DNA from: Geosiphon pyriformis uo1
Taxonomy: Eukaryota; Fungi; Glomeromycota
Length of the DNA stretch: 64,000 nt
NCBI GenBank assembly: GCA_016748015.1
Contig: JAAOMT010000441.1
Location: 434,001-498,000, forward strand
Direction of reading: 5' to 3'
The position numbers were made by a program, and so were the translations under genes. Below, one piece after another: positions 11,913 to 22,910 of the stretch. Under the pieces are notes generated by a model. It saw nothing but the letters and a program-made list of their open reading frames with translations. It had not been told where the DNA came from and did no database searches. How positions within the stretch are numbered: position 1 is the first letter of the stretch; each line of letters opens with the position of its first letter.

Positions 11913-14900
11913 CTATACACTTATAGAAACACTAATCCTATAAACAGCACCAGACAAAAACAAGAACCTATCCTTAAAACTAAAACCGACATCAAGAGAA
12001 TCCAACATATTAGTAAGACAGACCATGCCAGCTGAGAGAGGCAAAGCACCCACACTAAGAGCACCAGCCATAACAACATCATCACCAATCAAACCACTCC
12101 TTTCCATGTCAGACCTGAACTTAGTTCTAAAAAGCCAGAAGTTCATTCTATGACTCTCAACTAAATGACAGACAAAATCCACTACCACAAAGACCGCTTT
12201 CTTTTTGTCACTAAAAGAAGCAATGGTCTTATCCATCCAACTCTTGAGAACAAATTTCTTACAAAAAACCGAATACAAACCAACATCAGACATTCTTAGA
12301 GAGAGATCTTTGTAACACAAAAGATGGCAACAGTAGATCAGAACCCATCAGAGTTTTTTACAAACCACCAAAGTCACCCAAAATATTCGACTGCACAGAA
12401 GCATTCTTAATACAAGTAAAGCCATGATCGGAGAGTTCCATATTACCACAAAATATACATGACACACCAGAGTAATTCTTATTATACAGCCTCTTTCAAA
12501 CAGCAACAGGCAACTTGAAATGAACAGCTTTCATAAAGTACGTACAAAAAGCAGCAGTGGCTCGACACATATTCCCAGAAAGCATATGAGAGTCAGGATG
12601 CCAAATTAGAGCAGTACTATTCCAATTGACAATCAGACCAAACAAACAAAACAAAACTTCTTGGCCAGGACCCACTTCCCATTAAAACTTGCAAATGGAA
12701 TGAAAAATGTCATGTACAAAATGGCGGGCATTACCAGAAACTGGCCTGCCATCAGCAACCACATATCTACAATTAATCCTGACAGAGAGAGAGACCCTAG
12801 AGTGTGCAGTTTGTTCAGCAAAAGCATCAGCCATAACATTATCAGCAATGCCAGCATGACTTTTGACTTTGATCCAGCAGACAGTCAGATTTTTGGATTT
12901 AATCAAATCAATCACATGGCGCCTTTCCATCCAGCAACTATTGTGACAATCCGGCTACAAGAGACCCAATTTGGCCACACATGCATTGATAGCTGCTTGA
13001 CTATCTGTGTGCAAAGCCACTGAAACAGAGGCAGGAATGCACTCCAGAGCCAGGACAACAGCCTGTAATTCAGCCAGGGTCAAAAACAACACACTATGTA
13101 CCTCCACCCCTAAACCTTTGTTCAAGCTAAAAAAATAAGTGGCAGCACCACATGCCACCTGAAACGTACTCAAGTCTCTAAGAGAACTGTCAGTATAAAT
13201 ATCAATCTCATCAGCCCACAATCCATAGATTTCCTCACAAATATCAGCAAAAAACGTCGAATCTAAAACACTAGCACAGACAGAAGCTAAACTCACAGGA
13301 GAGGAAGCATGCAAACAACTATTCAAGTAAGTGGAGGCTTTCAAAAACCATAAAGGCACAAGGTCTCTAGAACCAAGTCTTCTTCATCGGCGAAACGTAT
13401 GCCAACTAACAACAGAACCCTTCTTGTCCAGAAGTTGGTTACTATATGCCACACCAGCAATTTTCAAGGAGTGAACCACATTAAAATACAAAAGATCACC
13501 TAATACCAATGACATAGAGAAATGGCCAGGAAAGCAAAAAGCACAGAGAAGCCTGTTATTTAAAGACAGCTTGTTGTCAAGAAATATACAAACCACACCT
13601 GCTAGAAAATTGTTTGAAGTGTTCACTCTCAGCTTAACAAGATATTGAAGAGGATTCAGTGGAGTCTAGCACAAAACCTGTAAATCCAAAATTCAATGTT
13701 CAAACAGATGGCCAAGAATTCCAGAAGAATTTGCAAATTGCACAATGAAAGCTATCTTGCATTCAGTTTGCAACTGTTCAAAAGATTTCAGTTCATAAAG
13801 AGAGGGGTGGTGCAACGCCTCATTGGGAAAGTCTCTCGGCAAATTGGCTTTCAACCTAAGACTCTTTTTAATTAGAACGTCCCATTTTAGACAAACAGCT
13901 TTGGAAACAAAACTAAACTGTGTTCGATAACTGACTATGGACTGCAAAACAGCTGAAACCAGATAAGAGAATTGTTTATTAGAGACAGCCTTCTGGAGAA
14001 CCATATTTGAGAAGAACCTAATATCTGAATTGGCTTTGGCAAGACTTGGCTTAGACAAACCATCGGTGGACAAGAAAATACCCAAATATCGATAACTCAC
14101 ATCAGGATTGGCAATAGTGATAGCCTGGCTGTTGATGGATAAAACAGGAACCCTCACTCTTTTGTTGATAGGAATGGCAACCATCTTCTTGTTGTTTATG
14201 TTAATGTTATTAATGAGAAAAAACTTACTGGCCACATTAAAAATGTGCTGTGTAGAGGCTTGCTCATTTCTCACCCAAATAGTGTCATTAACAAAGGCAC
14301 CAGCCACAAAAAACAAAGTCATACTCCCACTAGTCTCAATCCTTCCAGTTTTTGCTACAAAGTTTGAATTGATCCAATAACCACACAAATGATTTTGTCT
14401 TGCAACTTCACATAACAAAGGGTCATAAAAAATTCTCCATAGGAGAGGTGAGAAAACTTCACCCTAATCCAAACCATCAAGAACTTTGTATCCATCAGAA
14501 AGGCCAAAATCTGTCATGACTCTGTTAAAGCAATTGTTGTGAATGTTGCCAAAAAACTTGATAAACCTGCCACACATTTTGATACAGCATAAACTAGCTT
14601 CCAAATGAGGCCAATCAACAGAGTCATATGCTTTGTGCATGTCTTAAAGAACCAGCCAAAGTTCATGGCCTTTCTCCAAAGCATCCTTCACAATTAAACC
14701 TACAGCTGAAATTGGTGACTGAGTAGACATGCCTTTGAGGACAGAAAAGTTGTTATCTCGGAGAACATCAAACTTACTATAAGCAAGAGAGATTCTGTCT
14801 GAAAGAACTTTTGACAAAATCTTTCTGGCCATCTCAATCAATGCAATAGGCCGGGTATTTGACAAAACGCCATCCCAATCATAAGGCTTAGGAATCATGA

Positions 14901-15875
14901 ACATTCAGGCCTCTTTCCAATGGACCGGAACATCACCAAAACGCAAACAAGAGTTCAGCAAAGACAACAAACACTCCAAAACCAAACAGCCAGCATGTTT
15001 CCAAAGCTTATTGGTGATACCAGACAAACCAGCAGCTTTGCCATCAAGAAAATTGCTTATAACTGAAGACATCTTACACATGGTAATATCACACATGATC
15101 AGACTAAAGGCACCATCATTAACATAGGCAAAAAGAGCATATTGTTGCACCCAGAGACCAGACAAGACAAGAAGAGCATTCCACTTTCTGGTCCAATTAA
15201 CCATGATGTCATCCACTTTGAGCTTCACTTTATTAGGTTCCAAAATAAGAGAATTACCAACAACCAAATAGTCTAGAACAACTTTGCAAAAGGGCTGCTC
15301 CAAGATGCTCTGAATCATCTCACTTTTGTCTGTACTGAACTTCACCATACACTTATCAATTGTATCTCTGATAGCAGATCTTTTGGCCACTTCAGATTCA
15401 TAATATTTGGACTTTCTATATTGCTTTCTAACCTTCAAAAGATGACTTATCAAGCCAGCAGAACTCACACCATCCCCGACCATACCAAAAACTTTGGAAG
15501 CTTTGGAAGGGTCAACTTTAAACCAAGTGTCAGCTGGATGATTAAAGCCCAATGTATCATCCAGTCTCAGCACCTTTAATAACTTAACAACTAACAGCTC
15601 TAACCTGGAAAATTTAGAAGAAAGTTTATTCTTAACACAATCAAATTCACTATACCAATGTCTTGAAAAAATTTCTTCAGCAGAAGTAGTCATGGCTTCA
15701 GCTAGCACCCCCCATATTCCATCTAAGTTGCCATCATTTTCAGCTGTCTTGAACCCATCCAGAGAATCCAAAAGTGCACACTCAGAAAGTTCTTTGAAAT
15801 GTGCCCACTTTTTCTCATCAGCATCTTTAATCTTAAACTTCCAGTGATCCTTATTAGCATGTTTGCAGATGCTGT
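11913..15875 (-). pseudogene. LINE ORF2 3' part (RT, RNase H, Zn finger) with premature stops
   Basis: ORF fragments 14905-15888, 14644-14904, 13693-14418, 13384-13626, 12955-13359, 12682-12930 and 11913-12320 carry successive RT/RNase H motifs. Confidence 0.9.
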
Positions 15876-16872
15876 TATTACCAGACAAAATTAGAGATAT
15901 TATTTAGCATAAAATTATCTTATAATTCCTATCATTAATTAGCATATATTATCGTTTCAAATTATCACTTATTACATTAGCAAAAATGTCCGAAATTATC
16001 ATTTAATTAATAACCCAAATTGTACACAACACAAATGTAACCTAATTGCAATGATCAATCATGCAATACCCTGAACTATGTAATATTCAAAAGTTCGCCA
16101 AAATTTATAGAAATTTGCCGAAATAATTGATAGTTCACCGAAATATCTAATAGTTCACCGAAATATCTAATAGTTCACAGAAATAACTTGTAGTTTGCCG
16201 AAATTTATCTTTAGTTCAGCAAAATTGTAAAAAATAACAAAGTTCAAGTTCATAGAATAGTGTTATGACAAGTTGTATAAAAGAAGAGCTTCTCTCTTCG
16301 AGAAAATGTATCTTATTTTAGATTTAACAATTAGAATCATCCTTTACACACAAAACGAAATAAATATCAAATAATTTGAAAAATCAAATCCTGAATCATT
16401 TCACTTTTGAAATTAACTAATTTCTACAAAACAGTTTGAAATTGATTAGCTACCAATTTCAGTAAACTGTTAGTGACTTCAGGCCTGGATAGAAAATGTT
16501 TCTCTTAACAAAATTCTATTTCTTTTACATTTCTTTTATTTTTCTTTTCTTTTCTTTTTATAATCATTAGAGTAGCCTACAGACAAGATTTCTGTAGAAG
16601 AGTTGACTTTCACAGCAAAGTAGCTATACATTTTAGTGAGCTTCCAGATGAGCAATTTCTGGGAAAGAGTTGACGTTTACTACAACGTAACTATATAAAG
16701 TAACTGGCACAGAATTGGTCATTCCACTTATAAGCCCAGCAGTTCAAATTATAGAAGATAATTTGAAGATAAATTTAGTGATTGGAGGTTCAACCACATC
16801 CAGAAAACGGGAATTCACAGCAAACAAGCATTGACAACATTTAAGAAAAAAGACCAAAAACCTCCAGTAACA
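15876..16872 (+). repeat. 5' LTR of copy 1 (997 bp)
   Basis: Direct repeat of 25105-26081. Family termini TGTTACCAGA...TCTGGTAACA form a 10-bp inverted repeat (here TA... start and ...CCAGTAACA end). TATAAAA at 16276. One extra 20-bp unit relative to the 3' LTR. Confidence 0.97.
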
Positions 16873-16874
16873 TT

Positions 16875-16890
16875 TGGTGCTCTCCCATGG
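16875..16890 (+). promoter_or_regulatory. Primer-binding site (TGGTGCTCTCC...)
   Basis: TGG two bases after the LTR end, complementary to a tRNA 3' end ...GAGAGCACCA. Equivalent site in copy 2 at 30813. tRNA identity not determined. Confidence 0.75.
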
Positions 16891-16917
16891 AAACAACACA
16901 GCAAAAACAACTTCAAA

Positions 16918-19900
16918 GTGGTGACCACACCAGACACAACAACTCTAGAGTATTACCAATCAATTTATACCCACTGCAAGCAAAGATTCAACATTCCAGA
17001 CAGAATTAAAGTTGTCAAGAAATCAGTATACCAATACATTGAAAACTGCATCAACAATTATCTTTTTGGAAATTACAATATTTCAGAAGTTAGAAGCAAC
17101 CTTTACAATAATTTAACACACTATTCACAGTTGGGAACTGAAGACCTTAATAGTGAAACACTTGCCACTTACTTTCACAAACTTAATTTTAACATTATCA
17201 AATACTGTGAAAAAACATATCCAGTGCAGTCTTAATACACTATTGATTTTGAATTGGAAACAGAAACAAGCAACAAAGGCAAAAACAAATTAAAGCAATA
17301 TTCAAGAACCACCCCAAATACTCCAACACNNNNNNNNNNNNNNNNNNNNAAATCAGTATACCAATACATTGAAAACTGCATCAACAATTATCTTTTTGGA
17401 AATTACAATATTTCAGAAGTTAGAAGCAACCTTTACAATAATTTAACACACTATTCACAGTTGGGAACTGAAGACCTTAATAGTGAAACACTTGCCACTT
17501 ACTTTCACAAACTTAATTTTAACATTATCAAATACTGTGAAAAAACATATCCAGTGCAGTCTTAATACACTATTGATTTTGAATTGGAAACAGAAACAAG
17601 CAACAAAGGCAAAAACAAATTAAAGCAATATTCAAGAACCACCCCAAATACTCCAACACTACCAAAAACAACTGCCAAACATTTACAAACACCTGAACAA
17701 GGAACCAGCTCAAAACTTCTATTTACTATCACATCTTTTCTAGCTTCACTTGCACAAGCACAAACACCTAATTCACTCTTGAATCGATTTACAAGACCAG
17801 AAGATTTTACATCACTCAAAAGTCCCACCAGACAACAAGAATCCCTTCAAACTAGTTTCAATCTCCTTGATTTTCTAGCTGAAAATCAAAGTGAACACTC
17901 TGAGACAGCAGCAAATGAAAAAAACAACTCTGAAATAACTGAAAAAGAATCAATAGACAGTAAAAATAAAGAAGACGAAATAACAACATACATCGCAAAA
18001 ATCCCTGAATTCAATGGAGAAGATATTGAGACCAGTCCCCAAGAATGGCTTGACCAAGTTACTAAAGCTGGAGATGCAAATAGATGGAATGCTGCCAGAA
18101 TGTTAAGAACAATTCCCTACTTTCTCAAAGGAACAGCAGGAGAATAGTTTGAAAACTTGGCTGCCCCATTCAATGATTGAAACGCTTTCAAAGCAGCCTT
18201 TCTTGAACAGTTCACCGACAATAATACTTCCATCACCCTTTGCAATTGTTTTTGAAATATCAAACAAGAACCCTCTGAATCTGTTATGACTTATATTGGG
18301 AAATTCAACAAACTTCTCAGACAAATTCGCCAACTCGAAACAAACGATTATTATTCCAATGCTTAAATCTTGGATCAATTTATTGCTGGTCTAAAAGATA
18401 AACTAATTAAAAAGGTTCGCCCACATGTGCCAGAAGATTTAAACTCTGCCATACAGCATGCGAAAAGATACGAAATGGCCATGGAAGAGACCAACCACAC
18501 AAAACTTGTAAATTTGGCAATTGGAAAAACCAGCTTAGCAGCTGAGGAAAAAATTGACCAACTCACAAAGAAAGTTGAAAACTATTTCACCAATCAACAA
18601 CAACAGCAACCCCAAAGATATCAACCACCCCAAAGACGAAATCAAAATAACTTTGCACCACTTTCCAATATCCAGCCTTAGAATTGCCATTACTGTAGAA
18701 TCTCTGGCTACTGGAGAAGAGATTGCAAAAAGCTACAACAAGACCAACAAAATAGAAGTAATCAATGTTACCCTCCACTACAACAATCTTATTATCAACC
18801 GCCACCACCAGCTTACTATCCACCAAGACCCCAATACCAAAATAACTATTATCAGCCTGCCTCACAGCCAATCCAACAGCAATACCAACAACTGCTCATC
18901 CAACATTATCAAGTACCTGTTCAAAGACTGCTTACACAGAATCCATTCATACCACAAAACCAATACCAAGTAAACAACAATAGAATCAGTTCGAATAACC
19001 AATTGGTTTCTCGAAATACCACTCAACCAAGACCCAACCACTACCACACTCAATCCAGTTATTTAACAATGCCAGAAGAACAGGATTTTCACCATACTGT
19101 ACTCTCGGAAGGTAGAGCTGCAGCACAACAACAACAAAATCCTTCCTATACTCCCACTACAATTCCACCAGCCAGAATTGCTGAAAACACTAACCTTTCA
19201 AATATATTCCCTTTTAAGTTCAAAGCAAATAAGTCACCATTTCTGCTTAGCAATGCAGCCGCCAATGAACAAAAAGCAATCACGGCCATGTACACTAAAG
19301 CCGAAGTTGAAGGAAAAACAATTTACTTGATCCTAGACAGTGGATCCGCCGGAAGCATTATCACCTACCAGTTAATGCAACAGTTGAAAAGAAATGTCAA
19401 CCGACCAGCTCAAACAGTAATCGTCACTGCCGATGGCATGAAAAAGACCCCAGTAGGAGAAATTGACAATTTTCCATTCACTCTTGATGGAATCACCATT
19501 CCAGTCAAAGTTCTTGTAATGGACGCACCCTAGTACCAAGCTCTCATCAGAAATGATTGGCTTCAAAAAGCCAATGCTAATCTGAATTGGAAAACACAAG
19601 AATTAACAATTTCTTACCAAGGACAACATGCCCGGGTACCTGTCATTTGTGGTACATTCAACAAATGCTCTGAAAAAGCCCTGGCTTTTGAATTCGAACT
19701 GGAAGAGGAAAAACCCCTCATTAAAACATTCATGGCTCTGGGATTAACGTCCAATTGGGCTGATGAAACAGAACAAGAACATTTTACCCCACACACTAAA
19801 TCCGAAATCTCTGGATGGAATATATCTTACTCAAAACCCAAACCAAGGAAACAACGCCCCTATATTCCTCTTAAATATAAGAACTGTCACAAGAAACTAT

Positions 19901-22858
19901 TGTCAATGGGAGCCTGCATTTCACCTGAAGAAGAATATGAGAATCATACTTGTTATTACTGCAAGGCTTGCCACAGAGAATGATGGGGCCATCTAATAAA
20001 AAGAAGTGGAAAATAGGACAACACCCCTTGTTTGACTTGTGGAGATATGCTACCAGAAGAATGCAATTAGATTGATGTAGCCATGAGAGGAGGAGTCTGC
20101 AATCAGACCTGCCAATATGCTTTATCAATTTCAGAAAAAGTAAAAAGAGGAACACCCTTTAATGCAGCATACAACAGTGCTTTTAACAAACTTTATCACT
20201 ACCCCCATGATGCCAAAATGATTTTCGACCTAGCAATGGCATTAATTAATAGAGCTACCAAAGAAGATGTTCACCAAATGAAGGAAGCAGAATACATTGA
20301 ATACACCATGAAATTAGCTGGATTTGATTACGAAGACGAAGTAAAAATCTACCACCAAATTGCAAGTCACACCTACCCAACCCAAGAAGCTCAAATTCAA
20401 TGATTAGAGCAAATGAACATTAGGCTATGTGAAGAATGTATTATGCCTTGTGATGAACAGTGGTGTTCTGAATGCTATGCTCTTAGCATTCCCTTGTCCA
20501 GCAAAAATGATAAATATGAAATTGAATTTGGAGAACTTGAAGTGACAGAAGAAATTGAGACAACACCCATCTATCTCATCAATAATCAGCCTGCTTTACA
20601 ACTCAAATATTTCAACAACAATGGACAAGGAACAGAAAAAGCCCACAAGATCAATGTTGGATATGATCTAAGATATCCAGGAAAAGATACTCTTACTCTC
20701 AAACCCAAATCTCTCACAAAAATCAACCTCAAAATTGCCCTCAAAATCCCACCAGAAGCAATGGTTCAAATTGCTTCTCGATCATCCTTGGCAAGCAAAG
20801 GAATCAATGTTAGAGGAGGAATCATCAATGCTGGATACACAGGAGACATTACAGTCATGTTACAAAATAAAACTGATAAATCTTTCAAAATTGGATATGC
20901 TGAAAAAATTGCTTAAGCTATCTATTTACCCTTAATCAATATTTTGGGTTTACAATTAGTTAATCAAAGAGAACAGTTGGGAAAAAGCGAAAGAGGAATA
21001 CAAGGTTTTGGTTCAACTGGACGTTTCACAGTTCCAGTAAACATAGCTCTCAATGAACAGAAAGAATCTCACCAGATTTTACAACTTCCACAACCAATTA
21101 CCATTTCACCCTTTGGAGAACACCCTGAAATTTACATTTGTAAAAAGCCAACAACCACACAACAAATTTTTGAATCAAACAAACAAATCTACTTGAAACA
21201 TAATATCTTGATCCCAAACATTTATATTCCAGAAGGAACAAAGAAAGTCTGAGTTACTTTTTACAATCCCAACAATTATCCTATAGTTTTATTAAATAAC
21301 TTAGAAATTGGAATCATTCACAGTAATATCTTTCAACAAGAATTACCCCAAACAGTCCCCGATTTTTCTGAAATTATTGGACATTCACTACCAAAAATCA
21401 ACTCAAACCCCAGCTCTGAAAACTACCATATTGTTATGGAAAAACTATCTCGAATCAACATGGGACAACTTGAACCACAACAACAAAACCAGCTCAAAAA
21501 ACTAATTGCAGATTTTGCCGATATCTTTGCCAAAAACAACAATGACTTAGAAAGAACCGATTTGGTGCAACACTAATACAAGAGATGCCAAACCAAGGCG
21601 ACAACAAGCCTACCGAGTTGCTCCAGAAAGCCACCAATTTATCCAAAAAGAAGTACAACAGATGCTTAACAATGGGCTTATCCAACCATCAATGAGTCCA
21701 TGGGCCTCACCAGTGGTCCTGGTTAAAAAGAAAAATGGAAAGATACGATTTTGTGTTGATTATCGACAACTCAACAGTGTCACTATTGAGGATGCTTACC
21801 CTCTTCCGTGAATCGATGACATGTTAGATGCCCTTGGAAAATCTAAATACTTTTCAACATTAAACCTAGAAAGCGGATACTGGCAAGTTGCCATGGATCC
21901 CAAGGACTGCCCCAAAACAGCATTCACAACACAAGGAAGAAACTACAAATTCAATGTAATGCCCTTTGGATTATGCAATGCGCCAGCAACATTCCAAAGA
22001 CTCATGGATGTTGTATATGCTGGACTCCTTTGGAAATCAGTAGTTGTCTATCTTGATAACACTGATGTTTATTCTCCATCTTTCGAACTTTATTTAATTC
22101 ACCTGTGAGAAGTTTTTCAACAATTACGTAGAGCAGGATTAAAACTAAACATTGAAAAATGCCATTTTGGAAAAACAAGTTTGGTCTTTCTTGGTCACAT
22201 AGTTAATGAAGAAGGAGTCAAACCAGATCCAGGAAAAATCAGTGCTGTTAAGAACTTCAAAGTTCCACAAAATACTACAGAACTAAGAGGATTCATAGGA
22301 TTAGCATCCTACTATCGGAAGTTTATCAAAGAATTCTTGGAAATTGCAAAACCCCTCAACCAGCTCACCACCAAAAACGTTGAATACAAATGGACTACCA
22401 AACACCAAAAAGCTTTTGAAATCCTCAAGAAAAAACTAACAACAGCTCCAATCCTCGCCTACCCAGATTTCAACAACCGATTTCGACTAGCTACAGATGC
22501 TTCATATACTGCCTTTGGTGCCATCTTATCACAACTAAATGACAATGGAAATGAGCAAGTAATTGCCTATGCTAGCAGAACATTAAAACCAGCTGAGAAA
22601 AACTACTCTGCCACAGAACTAGAAACAGCAGCTGTAATTTGGGCCCTACACCACTTCAACCTTTATCTCAGGCCTAAAAAATTCGATATTATCACTGATA
22701 ATATTGGACTCAAATGGCTTCAGAACAAAAATACTCAGCTGAATGCAAAACAAACCCAATGGACAGGATTTCTAGCAAACTATTAATACATAGTACATCA
22801 CAAACCAGGAAAACTCCACACCAATGTTAACTGTCTCTCCAGAATGAGACAAGATTAG
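16918..22858 (+). pseudogene. gag-pol of copy 1: Gag (CA, CCHC knuckle), aspartic protease, Cys-rich insert, dUTPase, RT, RNase H
   Basis: IPEFNGED..PQEWL; degenerate CHYC..SGYWRRDC knuckle; LILDSGSAGS; GYDL/ASRSS/GGIINAGYTG/RGIQGFGSTG; [30 protein letters not shown][N]; LATDAS, NYSATELE, ITDN. Many in-frame stops and one decay frameshift near 21575. Confidence 0.93.
17330..17349. other. Assembly gap flanked by an identical 310-bp duplication
   Basis: 20 Ns; 17020-17329 is repeated base for base at 17350-17659. Confidence 0.9.
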
Positions 22859-22910
22859 AAAAACACAAAAACCAACACTCAACTTAACCAACCAAAAAAG
22901 CCAACAAACA

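Noticed and set aside
16091-16225. CRISPR-like repeat-spacer array in the LTR
   Set aside because: Repeats are 13 bp and spacers ~7 bp, spacers are fixed across all LTRs, there are no cas genes and the context is eukaryotic. Treated as an enhancer-like array.
16641-16670. Hammerhead ribozyme (CAGATGAG...GAAA resembles CUGANGA...GAAA)
   Set aside because: U4 is A, stem II cannot close, and the same bases form a different hairpin supported by the duplicate unit. The nearby TAAGCCC also lacks the rest of a twister fold.
17020-17659. Apparent tandem duplication of the Gag N-terminal domain
   Set aside because: The two 310-bp copies are identical, flank a 20-N gap and are absent from copy 2: an uncollapsed contig overlap.
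20401-20403. Shared in-frame TGA in both Gypsy copies (also 34011-34013) as a programmed readthrough site
   Set aside because: Most simply a CGA>TGA CpG hotspot in the middle of the Cys-rich domain. A family consensus would be needed to revive it.
21560-21600. Programmed frameshift before RT in copy 1
   Set aside because: Looks like a small deletion in the conserved VQH.I.TGDA motif, with no slippery site. The region is in the N gap in copy 2.
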